A stretch of 64,000 bases of DNA from a virus, in IMG/VR virus record IMGVR_UViG_3300034103_001746, positions 32,001 through 96,000 of that record, one strand, 5' to 3'. How positions within the stretch are numbered: the first letter of the stretch is position 1; every line of letters begins with the position of its first letter. The position numbers and the translations under genes were made by a program. The notes under the pieces are model-generated. The model made no database searches. It had not been told where the DNA came from and saw nothing but the letters and a program-made list of their open reading frames with translations. Below are positions 21,166-30,600 of this stretch, piece by piece.

Positions 21166-21515
21166 AAGAAAGAATACGTTTAAGACGAGATAGTTCTTTT
21201 AATTGGTCTGTTAATAATCCAATTTTAGGTAGTGGCGAACCTGGTGTAGAACTGGATACTAATAGACTGAAAATTGGCAATGGAATTTCTGAGTGGAATA
21301 CTTTGCCATATATGCTTGGTAATATATCAGGATTACAATTAACTATTGGGAATGGACAAGTTAATAGTTTGTATTGGGATGCGGGTGAAAGACTAGATAT
21401 TGTTGGCTCCGGAGATACGCAAGTATATTTTAATGATATTAGTAATACTATTACAGTATATAGCAGTGGCTCATCTTTGGGTGCTATTACGCGCATAGAT
21501 GGTGGAACACCTTGA
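21162..21515 (+). CDS. Short protein with Mtd_N / hyaluronidase-N-type fibre anchor domain
   Basis: RIRLRRDSSFNWSVNNPILGSGEPGVELDTNRLKIGNGISEWNTLPY is the major tropism determinant N-terminal motif. The protein ends IDGGTP. Confidence 0.8.
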   Translation: MKERIRLRRDSSFNWSVNNPILGSGEPGVELDTNRLKIGNGISEWNTLPYMLGNISGLQLTIGNGQVNSLYWDAGERLDIVGSGDTQVYFNDISNTITVYSSGSSLGAITRIDGGTP

Positions 21516-21599
21516 TTCGTACTCGTACCAAGGCTCTTAGAATTTTAGGGGTCTAATCTTCTGAATTTAGTTGTTAGTTAATGTCGTTCAATGGGATTA

Positions 21600-21861
21600 A
21601 ATTATTATTGAAATATTCAGAATATCTCATTATTAATAAATGATTTTATTTTATTTAATAAAAAGTCTTATAATTTAAGATTAAATAACCATGTATATCT
21701 TTATAGATGTTGATGGTGTATCTCATCAAATAGACTTAGTAAGTTTAATCAATTTAATACTACAATACGGCCAAACCAGATCATTGCTTAATCAATAATC
21801 CGCTAATCAAAACTGAATTAAACAAGCATCTTCTATAGCAGAATTGGATAACATAATATGA
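21600..21861 (+). pseudogene. Degraded tail fibre assembly-type gene (DUF4376-like)
   Basis: One frame from 21691 reads MYIFIDVDGVSHQIDLVSLINLILQYGQTRSLLNQ*SANQN*IKQASSIAELDNII*, with two internal stops. The final TGA still overlaps the next ATG (ATGA). I..A.SI.EL..I is a typical fibre-assembly C-terminus. The 5' boundary is approximate. Confidence 0.55.
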
Positions 21862-22391
21862 CAAACATATTTCATAATATATTCACAACAGATTTTAAAA
21901 ATGTTTTTAATAATGCTATTGATTCATTATTAGAAGAGAACGCATTAACGTTACCATGTAAATTAATATATGCGAACACCAACCCCATACTTTGCAATAA
22001 TTGTATTTTTGATGCTGTATCAAATCGTTCTTTAAATAAATACAATGGAACTGGACCATCTCCTTTTGGAGAATTTAGTATATGTCCAGTATGTAATGGT
22101 TTTGGTTTTGACTCATCAAATAAAGAGGAGCTAGTCCACTTGGCTGTGCTATTTGATAGCAAACATTGGTTTAATTGGAATTCTAAGTCTAATACAATCA
22201 GAATACCTGATGGTATGATTCAAACAATTTGTAAATCAGACCTATTACCTAAGATTAGAAATGCAGATAAAATTTTAATAGATACCAATAAAATAAATTA
22301 TGGATCCTATTATTATACCAGAGCAAACGATCCCGAGTTTGGTGGGTTTGGTGATACGCGATATATTTTTACCATGTGGCAGAGAGAGTAA
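21858..22391 (+). CDS. Putative head closure/stopper protein with Zn ribbon
   Basis: 177 aa with CNNC and CPVC(NGFG) pairs, located in the neck gene cluster. Confidence 0.5.
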   Translation: MTNIFHNIFTTDFKNVFNNAIDSLLEENALTLPCKLIYANTNPILCNNCIFDAVSNRSLNKYNGTGPSPFGEFSICPVCNGFGFDSSNKEELVHLAVLFDSKHWFNWNSKSNTIRIPDGMIQTICKSDLLPKIRNADKILIDTNKINYGSYYYTRANDPEFGGFGDTRYIFTMWQRE

Positions 22392-23035
22392 TGAAAGTAT
22401 CGTTTAATCTAGTAGATAGTGATAGTGTTATTCAAAAACAAATTTTAGATTTGCTTAGAAATAATATGGACATTGCTTTCAAAAAAGCTTTACCTAAAAT
22501 TAAAGATAGAATCAAAAAAGAAGTAAGAGACGCCCTTACTGCTGAACCAGAATACCAATCTCTAATATCTGGAAAATTAAAATATGAATTTGGTATTTCG
22601 TCAAACCAAAAGATAGAATCTATCATAGATATTTGGATAAATAATATTATGGTAAATTATACTGGTATTAAAAGTGGTACAAGAGGCTTAAACGGTAGTT
22701 TATCTTTAAATATGATAAAATCATCTTATGATGATGTACTGGCCAATGATGGAGCTGTTGTTATAGATAGTAGTTCTGGAGCCGTGCTACCTTGGTTAGA
22801 GTGGTTATTATTATATGGCGGTAAAATTATTGTAAGAGATTATAGAGTACAAATTGGTCCTAATGCTAGATCTAGAACCGGTATGGCTATTATGGTACAA
22901 TCTAGTGGAAATAATTGGAGGGTTCCACCAGAATTTGCAGGAACAGCATCTAATAACTGGGTAACTAGAGCACTAGATAAAATTGATAACAAAATTAGCA
23001 ATATATTAGAAACAGAACTGGAGAAAGCTATATGA
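22391..23035 (+). CDS. Putative neck/tail completion protein
   Basis: ATG at 22391 by TAATG overlap. It has LPWLEWLL and a C-terminal GTASNNWVTRAL reminiscent of HK97 gp10-like proteins, and the synteny fits. Confidence 0.5.
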   Translation: MKVSFNLVDSDSVIQKQILDLLRNNMDIAFKKALPKIKDRIKKEVRDALTAEPEYQSLISGKLKYEFGISSNQKIESIIDIWINNIMVNYTGIKSGTRGLNGSLSLNMIKSSYDDVLANDGAVVIDSSSGAVLPWLEWLLLYGGKIIVRDYRVQIGPNARSRTGMAIMVQSSGNNWRVPPEFAGTASNNWVTRALDKIDNKISNILETELEKAI

Positions 23036-23991
23036 GTTGTGAAGATTATACTCGTTTTAATAATGTTTCTAATATAGGTCAACATTTTTTAATTGAACAA
23101 CTAGAAGATAATTTAAAAAGTTTTTTAGACTGGGGCTTATTAAATATAGGCGCATTTGTAAATGTTGATATTCCAACTAGTGGTATTAATAGTAATTTGC
23201 CTCATCAGCTTAAACAGACCAATGATCCAGGGTTTGTGGCTGGCAGAGTATGGCAAACTTTTCGAAAAGATTTAGTATGGGAAACCGGAGTAAATTTTAA
23301 TGGATATAGTCCAAATAATATTTCTGGTATAAAAATTAATAATATTACATACCCAGCTCCAACCGGTAGTGGTTCTTATGGATATTATATTAATTATCCT
23401 ATGGGCAGGATTATTTTTAATACTCCCGTTGTAAACGCATCACCCACTATGGAATATAGCTATAGATGGTGTCAAGTATATAAAGCCAGTAGTTCTCCTT
23501 GGTGGACAGAATTACAAGGAGACTTATTAAACCCTAATCCTCAATTTGCTCAAAAGGATAAAGGAGATTTTAATATTACGGCCAACCAGAGAGTACAAAT
23601 GCCATGTATAATTATTGAGCCAATTTCTAGAAGTAATTCTACTCCATGGCAGCTTGGTGCTAATGATTTTATGATTAATCAAGATATTTTATTACATATT
23701 TTTACAGAAAGAGCATCTGATAAAAATACTTTAGCCGATATAATTAGATTACAAAAACATAAAACTATTTGGCTATATGATATTAGGAAAGTAGTTACAA
23801 GCGGAGCAAATGGTTTAGACCATAGAGGAGCACTAAATATTAATGGTAAAACATATCCAGATTTAGTTACGAACCCCGACTATAGATGGTATAAGTGCTT
23901 TTTTAGAGATATTAGCATATTAGACATGGAAACAGCGAACAACAGCCTTTTTTGGTGTACAATACGTTTGACCACAGAAGTTATTATCTAA
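23032..23991 (+). CDS. Putative tail terminator protein
   Basis: VQMPCIIIE...QLG...QDILLHIFTE pattern, directly upstream of the tail tube gene. Confidence 0.5.
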   Translation: MSCEDYTRFNNVSNIGQHFLIEQLEDNLKSFLDWGLLNIGAFVNVDIPTSGINSNLPHQLKQTNDPGFVAGRVWQTFRKDLVWETGVNFNGYSPNNISGIKINNITYPAPTGSGSYGYYINYPMGRIIFNTPVVNASPTMEYSYRWCQVYKASSSPWWTELQGDLLNPNPQFAQKDKGDFNITANQRVQMPCIIIEPISRSNSTPWQLGANDFMINQDILLHIFTERASDKNTLADIIRLQKHKTIWLYDIRKVVTSGANGLDHRGALNINGKTYPDLVTNPDYRWYKCFFRDISILDMETANNSLFWCTIRLTTEVII

Positions 23992-24029
23992 TTCGCAACT
24001 TTTAAAGTTCCAATAATCCGGAGACTATC

Positions 24030-25064
24030 ATGCCAAATAATCGTATTTTTTATGCTTGTCAAGCAGTTCAACTAAGAGGTCCAAGTGGTGATGTTTCCCC
24101 ACAGTTTACCACATACGACACAATAGCGGGCTTACAAAGTGTTGGTATGAATACCAATTTTAATCTTGAGCCAATTTATCAATTAGGTCAACTAGATTTA
24201 TATGATAATTTTGAAGAAATTCCAGAGGTTGAAATTACACTTAATAAAGTTCTTGATAGTAGTGCTACTATTTATAGTATGGCTATGGGTACTGGTAATT
24301 TAGTCAGTTTAGGGAATAATCGTTGTGGAGCCAGACTACTACTTTACCCAGACACAAACACTGCTGCAACAGGTGTCCCCCTCGCTCAAGTAGAGTGCGA
24401 GCCAGCATACCTATCATCTGTTACATATACTTTCCCAACAGAAGGTAGTGCTACAGAAGAGGTTACTCTTGTAAGTAATGATAAAACATGGGCTACAACA
24501 CTAGCTTCACTATCTGGAGCACCAGAACATACCTCTCCTGGTGGGGTTGGTATTATTCGTCGTGGCTTGGTAAATAGAGCAGCATGTCTATTTCCAACAG
24601 GTGTTAGTGGTAGTCTTGAGAGTCTCGCTGTCTCTGGAGGCATGCCTGCTGGAATTACCATTAGCAACATTACAGTTAGTATGAATCTTGGACGCGAGCA
24701 GATTCGTGAACTCGGTCGCAGAACACCAGTTGTTCGTTATGTAAGTTTCCCAGTAGAAGTTACATGTGAAATCGAAACAGTAGCAAACACTGGTGATATG
24801 GTCGGTGTTTCTGGTTCTGCTTCTGCTTCTTGCTCTAATCCCAAGGCTCTTGCCAATAAAGCGATCAGAATCGCCCTTTGCGACGGTATGGTTATTGATC
24901 TTGGTAATAAGTGCAAGCTTACTAGTGTAAATTATACTGGTGGTGATACTGGTGGTGGCAATGCTGCTATTACATACAGCTACCAGACATACAATGCTTT
25001 CACATATACTGCCCCAACCGGAGCAGCTAGTGATACATTATCTCAGACCGAAGTTTTAGACTGA
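24030..25064 (+). CDS. Major tail tube protein
   Basis: GGAG RBS, then NRIFYA...GLQSVGMNTNFNLEPIYQLGQLD with an internally duplicated second half (NLGREQIRELGRR). It has higher GC and is followed by a strong hairpin, upstream of the chaperones and TMP. Confidence 0.7.
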   Translation: MPNNRIFYACQAVQLRGPSGDVSPQFTTYDTIAGLQSVGMNTNFNLEPIYQLGQLDLYDNFEEIPEVEITLNKVLDSSATIYSMAMGTGNLVSLGNNRCGARLLLYPDTNTAATGVPLAQVECEPAYLSSVTYTFPTEGSATEEVTLVSNDKTWATTLASLSGAPEHTSPGGVGIIRRGLVNRAACLFPTGVSGSLESLAVSGGMPAGITISNITVSMNLGREQIRELGRRTPVVRYVSFPVEVTCEIETVANTGDMVGVSGSASASCSNPKALANKAIRIALCDGMVIDLGNKCKLTSVNYTGGDTGGGNAAITYSYQTYNAFTYTAPTGAASDTLSQTEVLD

Positions 25065-25092
25065 TTATAGTTAGCTAGATAATAACTCAATT

Positions 25093-25134
25093 ATAATAAG
25101 AGGCGTCGCTTGACAAGGCGATGTCTCTTATTAT
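25093..25134 (+). terminator. Stem-loop terminator after the tail tube gene
   Basis: ATAATAAGAGGCGTCGCTT-GACA-AGGCGATGTCTCTTATTAT: a 19-bp stem whose 3 mismatches are all G-U compatible on the + strand, with a T-rich tail. Confidence 0.75.
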
Positions 25135-25185
25135 TTATATATAGTGCTATTGTTTAATTAACTATTAATTTAAAAGGAATTATAT

Positions 25186-25314
25186 ATGGAAGAACTATTT
25201 ACTCTTATTGGTAAATTATACTATGACCTTGTTCGCGCACAAGGTATTATAGAAAATCTTAAAAAACAACTAGATGTTGCTAAACAGGTTCAAGCTGTTA
25301 ATGATCAAGAATAA
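25186..25314 (+). CDS. Small coiled-coil protein (42 aa), absent from the ORF track
   Basis: AAAGGA RBS; MEELFTLIGKLYYDLVRAQGIIENLKKQLDVAKQVQAVNDQE; ends 2 nt before the next start. Confidence 0.75.
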   Translation: MEELFTLIGKLYYDLVRAQGIIENLKKQLDVAKQVQAVNDQE

Positions 25315-25316
25315 GA

Positions 25317-26348
25317 GTGTTAGACCAAAGAAATATTGAATATTTAGTTCATAGAATATTGTCTGGAAAAACTGTTTTTCAATATAATAATATTCTTTAT
25401 GAATTACATAAACCATCTTTAGAATTAAGACTACAATCTGATTTAATCTATCAAGAAGCATATGCTTCTAATTTATATGATAATTTTTGGTTATTAGAAG
25501 ATATACCTAACCTAGCTATAGAAATTGGATTGTTAGATTTAAACTATAAGAAAAATATAGAGAGAATAGAAAAAATTTTGGAAAATAATAAATTAGAATT
25601 ATTTCAACAATATTTTGATTTAACTAAAAGAAAAAAAAATAAACTAAGAATAGAACAAACTAAAAAACAAGTTAATAAACTATATCAAGATCTTCATTAT
25701 TTAGATTATTTATCTTTAGAGCATTATTGTGAAAAAATTAAAAATGAATTTTTAATTACACATTGTTTATACTATGTTAAAGATTTTAAATTAGTATTTA
25801 ATTATAAAAATATAGAATATAATACATTTAATAGTATTATGTCAGAAATATCTAATAATATTATACCGATAGAAACCTATAAACAAATAGCTAGGCATGA
25901 ATATTGGAAAAATCTGTGGGCTAATAATAAATTTAATATTTTAAACGAACCAGTCAATCAATGGTCCGATGAACAAAAAACAATATTTAATATTTCAACT
26001 ATGTATGATAAAATATACGAACATCCCGAGGCTCCTGTTGAAGATATTATAGCTGATGATGATGCTCTTGATGGCTGGATGATTCATCAAAGAAGAGAAA
26101 ATTTAAAACAAAAACAAGAAAAGGGTGTAGATACTATGTTGTCAGACAAAGTTCGTAACTCGTCTGAAATATTTTTGATGGCCCCTAATAAAGAACAAGC
26201 GGAAACTATTAAGGAATTTAATAGCGAACATTCATTGAGACGAATGCAACAGAAGATAGACTTTGTTAAGTCTCAACAAGGACCAATAAAAGAAGCTCAG
26301 TTACCGGATGTAAGAGAAGACATTAGAGAACAAATTAAAGGAAAATAA
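25317..26348 (+). CDS. Hypothetical helical protein, possible tail assembly chaperone
   Basis: 343 aa, charged and helical, between the tube and TMP genes. It has a conserved-looking YDKIYEHPEAP...DDDALDGW motif. Confidence 0.5.
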   Translation: MLDQRNIEYLVHRILSGKTVFQYNNILYELHKPSLELRLQSDLIYQEAYASNLYDNFWLLEDIPNLAIEIGLLDLNYKKNIERIEKILENNKLELFQQYFDLTKRKKNKLRIEQTKKQVNKLYQDLHYLDYLSLEHYCEKIKNEFLITHCLYYVKDFKLVFNYKNIEYNTFNSIMSEISNNIIPIETYKQIARHEYWKNLWANNKFNILNEPVNQWSDEQKTIFNISTMYDKIYEHPEAPVEDIIADDDALDGWMIHQRRENLKQKQEKGVDTMLSDKVRNSSEIFLMAPNKEQAETIKEFNSEHSLRRMQQKIDFVKSQQGPIKEAQLPDVREDIREQIKGK

Positions 26349-26350
26349 TT

Positions 26351-26653
26351 ATGTATGATCCAGATCGTTTACGTTTTTATATGGAAAAAAGAATTCAAAC
26401 AACCATGATAGGTGCCTTAGCTCGCATAGAGGATAGTTTAGGGTTTTTGTGGGGACAAGATAAAGACCCAAATATCCCACTAACCCCAGAAGAAGAAAAG
26501 TTTGCAGATATCTGGGACTATTTGCGTAACGATATTTTAAATTACGGAAATAAACAAATACGACAACTTAAGGATGATTTTCATAAATATGGCGGCATCT
26601 TTAAAAGCACTTACCAATACAACTTCCCCGTTAAAAAGGATAATGACAAATGA
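26351..26653 (+). CDS. Hypothetical protein (100 aa)
   Basis: ORF in tight operon with TTMIGALARIE..GFLWG and RNDILNYGN motifs. Confidence 0.7.
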   Translation: MYDPDRLRFYMEKRIQTTMIGALARIEDSLGFLWGQDKDPNIPLTPEEEKFADIWDYLRNDILNYGNKQIRQLKDDFHKYGGIFKSTYQYNFPVKKDNDK

Positions 26654-27525
26654 AAACTGAAAACTTTACTGTTACAAAAGACGATAAAGATATTGCACTA
26701 GTTGTTCGATCACCTTCTTTAGAAGATCAAAGAGAAGCACAAAAAACGTATAATCAAGCTTTTACAGATGCTATCAAATCCAAGGCTGTAGTAAGAGCAA
26801 AATTAGACGATTTATTAGAAGAACAAGGTTTGTGGAATAAAGAGAAACAGGCTAAGTTTACAGAGCTACAACAACAAATTCTTGATGGCGAAAAAAGATT
26901 AGCTAAAGGTGGCTTTAATATTAAAGAGGCTAAAAATTTAGCTCTAGAAATGAAAAAGACCAGAGAAGAAATAAGAGAACTTATTAGTGTTAGAACATCA
27001 TTAGATAACCATAGTGCAGAAGGACAGGCAGATAATGCTAGATTTAACTACTTAGTATCATCTTGCGTGGTGTATAAAGATACTAATGAACGTTATTTTA
27101 AAAGTTTGGAAGATTATTTGAGCAGACCTGATGATCCAGCAGCGCTACTTGGTGCTCAAAAATTGGCTAACATGATATATGGTTTAGATAATAATTTTGA
27201 AAAAAACTTACCAGAAAACAAGTTTTTACAAAAATATAGGTTTGTTGATGATAAGTTGCGGTTGATTGATAAACAAGGTCGTTTGGTGGATGTTGAAGGA
27301 CGATTGATAGACGAAAATGGTCGGTTTATTAATGATAAGGGTGAATTTGTTGATAAATTCGGCAATAGAGTAGACGCAGAAGGTGATTATGTTGTTGATG
27401 CACAACCATTTTTAGATGATGACGGAAACCCCATAGTTCTAGCAAATGAAAACACCATTACAACAACTACAGAAACAGAACATTCTAGCGTACCATCACC
27501 AGAAGTGGCTAAAGAAGACGTTTGA
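26650..27525 (+). CDS. Putative tail assembly chaperone with C-terminal 7-aa DxxG repeats
   Basis: AAGGA RBS; coiled-coil N-terminal half; immediately upstream of the TMP gene. Confidence 0.55.
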   Translation: MKTENFTVTKDDKDIALVVRSPSLEDQREAQKTYNQAFTDAIKSKAVVRAKLDDLLEEQGLWNKEKQAKFTELQQQILDGEKRLAKGGFNIKEAKNLALEMKKTREEIRELISVRTSLDNHSAEGQADNARFNYLVSSCVVYKDTNERYFKSLEDYLSRPDDPAALLGAQKLANMIYGLDNNFEKNLPENKFLQKYRFVDDKLRLIDKQGRLVDVEGRLIDENGRFINDKGEFVDKFGNRVDAEGDYVVDAQPFLDDDGNPIVLANENTITTTTETEHSSVPSPEVAKEDV

Positions 27526-27559
27526 TTTAATTAATATTGTAATTTTGAGTTTTTCAAAC

Positions 27560-27599
27560 ATAGCACCACGCTGTCGCAACAGTGTGGTGTTATTTTTTT
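27560..27599 (+). terminator. Rho-independent terminator directly upstream of the TMP gene
   Basis: ATAGCACCACGCTGT-CGCA-ACAGTGTGGTGTTAT, a 15-bp stem with 2 G-U pairs, followed by a T run. Confidence 0.8.
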
Positions 27600-27610
27600 A
27601 GGGAAAAATT

Positions 27611-30600
27611 ATGTCTAGAGGATTTAATTTAACAGCAGAAATCAATCTTCGTGGACCCGCAAATATTCGTACTGTTGTTGCGGATATTAGGCGTCAATTA
27701 GGCACTATTACGGCAGATGTGAATGTTAGAGTTAGTCCTAATGCCACAAGAAATATTACAGCTATTAATCAGGCTCTTAGTAGATTAAATACAACCTTAA
27801 GCGATACCAATAGATTAGCTACACAAGCTACTACCACACTAAATGGGCTTGCTAACGCTGGTCGGCAAGTATCTACTAGTTTATCTAACTTGCCGCGCAC
27901 TATTCAAAACTCAGCCTCTGCCGTTACACAGCTAAATAACAGAACAAACCAAGCTGCTCAAAATTTACAGGTCGCTAGAACAGAATTTGAAGAATTCGGC
28001 AGACAATCGGCTTTGGCCGTTAGAAGATTTGCTGCTTTTGCTACGGTAACCGGAGCAATATTTAAAGTAAGCAATGCGATTAGCTCCGCATCAGCAGAAT
28101 TTGTAGCATTTAATAAAGAATTAGTTAGAGTAGCTCAAGTTACAGACACGTCTGTATCTAATCTTGGTGGATTAGTTAAAGAAATTACATCTTTGTCTAC
28201 TAGATTTGGAGTAGCGTCTAAGGAATTAATACAAGTATCTAGCACATTAGCACAAGCTGGTTTAAGCGCTAGAGATACAGAGAAAGCTCTTCAGGCATTA
28301 GCTCTTAGTGCTATGGCTCCGTCGTTTGATAGCTTAAACGATACCGTAGAAGGTAGTATTGCATTGATGAGACAGTTTAATATTGGGGCTAAAGATTTAG
28401 AAAAGGCTTTAGGTTCTGTAAATGCTGTTTCTGCTAAGTTTGCTGTAGAAGCTAGTGATATTATCACAGCCATACAGCGCACAGGTGGTGTGTTTGCGGC
28501 TGCTAGTAGAGGCGTTAGCGAAGGTACTGATGCTCTCAATCAATTTATTGCAGTATTTACTAGTGTGCGAGCCACAACTCGTGAAAGCGCTGAAACTATT
28601 GCTACTGGTTTAAGAACTATTTTTACGCGTATTCAAAGATCAGGCACAATTGATGCATTAAAAGAATATGGTGTTGTATTAACAGATTTACAAGGCAAGT
28701 TCGTTGGACCATATGAAGCTGTTCGTAAATTAGCAGAAGGCTTGAATCAATTAGATCCAAGAGATTTAAGATTCTCAAGAATTGTAGAAGAACTTGGTGG
28801 TTTCCGTCAGATTGGCAAAGTGATTCCACTTATTCAACAATTCGCAACGGCGCAACAAGCATTAATAGTGGCTCAAAAAGGACAAGGCTCTTTAGCTAAT
28901 GACGCGGCTACGGCTCAACAAGCATTGGCTGTTAAAATTTCAAAAGTTAGAGAAGAATTTATAGCATTAATTAGAAGCGTTGGTCAAAGCGATAGTTTTC
29001 AAAATTTTGTTAAATTAAGTTTAGATTTAGCTAGTGCTTTAATAAAAGTAGCAGATTCAGCAAAAGGCGTGCTCCCTGCTTTAACAGCAATTGCCGCTAT
29101 TAGAGGAGTTAGTTTTCTTACACAATTTTCTAGGGGTTTTGCTGGAGGTTTACGTCGCCAGAATAGCGGTGGTCCAGTAAGAGGATTTGCGTCTGGCGGC
29201 TTGGTTCCTGGTGTTGGGAATGGAGATACTGTTCCCGCCATGCTTACACCAGGAGAATTTGTTATTAGAAAAAAAGCCGTAGAAACCATTGGTACTGAAA
29301 ATTTAGCTAAAATGAATAGAGGAGGCAATGTTCAGAAATTTGGTATGGGTAGGGGCGTTAAAGGTCGTAGAGGCGCTCGTAGTCGTTTTAAAGAACTTAC
29401 TTCGGAAGAAATGGATAGTTTAAGCACCCCCGATCTTATCAAATACGGCAAGGCATTAGCTAGAGATATATTTAGCACTGGAGGAGCAGGATTAGTTACT
29501 AGTAGTAAGTTCATTCCTGTTCCACAAGAAAGAATAACACCAGAACTTGAACCGCATTTGCAGAATTATCTTGGTAAAAAGGGCTATTGGAAACCAGAAG
29601 TGTCTAAATTCGGCAGGATGGATGAAACCAAAATATCCAAACAAAAAAATAAATTATCACGAGAAGAAGCGCTTAAAAAACAAGAATCACGACTATCAGA
29701 TGAAGTTGCTGCACGAGCACAACAATGGACTAAAATTAGAACTGGATCATCTATTGATAATTATTTATTATCTGTATTGAAAGATCCAATTTTAACTGAT
29801 TATAAAACAGCTCGTAGCGGAAGTAGTTTATCTAAACCATTCCATAACACTAGACTAAGACAAGAAGTTAATAAAGCATTAGAACAATTTGATGATTTTG
29901 ATTATAGCGCTGGTAATATTGATAAATTAGTCTCCAGTTTCGCTGCTAAAAAATTTGCAGATGGTGGTATGGTTCAAAAATTTATGGCTGGTACATTTGT
30001 CAAAAAAATACAACCTAAGAATAAACAACCTAAAATTTTAACAAAACTTCAAGAACAACTATTATCTAATGTAGAGAGTTTGGGTGGCCCTAGCAGAGTT
30101 GGTCAATTAGCATTCAATGCTCTCAATGATATAGATAGAAGAGCATATTCAGTATCATATCCTAAAGATATTCAAAATATAGTTAAATCAAATAGTATTA
30201 AGTCCGCTAGTCCGACAATACTAGATAAAATTCAATATTTTGTATCTAAGGCTAAAGAAAATATAGCCAAAACCAAAGAACAAGAGTCTCAGAAACAAAA
30301 TAAAATTGACGAGCAAATTAAATCTAATAACTATTTAGAGTTTGCCATTGCTGGCCTAAGACAAGGCGGCGGGTTTCCAAGTGCAATAACTGAGATTACA
30401 CCAGAAACCCAGCAAACAGTTAAATTATATAGTGGTTCATTAAATAATCGACAAGGTAAAAAAATAGAAAGAAAATTATTTCAAGATTTTCGTAACACAA
30501 TCGCTAAGATTGCAAGTAGTTTATCTAGTACTATTAATGCTCAACCTAACTTAAATTTATTAGATCAATCAATTAATAATTCTGGATTTTCTAATGTAGT

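Noticed and set aside
21162-21857. Diversity-generating retroelement suggested by the Mtd_N domain
   Set aside because: No reverse transcriptase and no TR/VR pair differing at adenines was seen in the window. Mtd_N alone is only an anchor domain.
23032-25064. Contractile tail sheath (myovirus) or contractile injection system
   Set aside because: No sheath-like or baseplate wedge (gp25/J-like) gene was recognised near the tube gene. Such genes could still lie outside the window.
25317-27610. Programmed -1 frameshift of the lambda G/GT chaperone type
   Set aside because: An A9 run near 25631 exists, but I found no overlapping alternative-frame ORF or slippery site at a gene end that would give a fusion.
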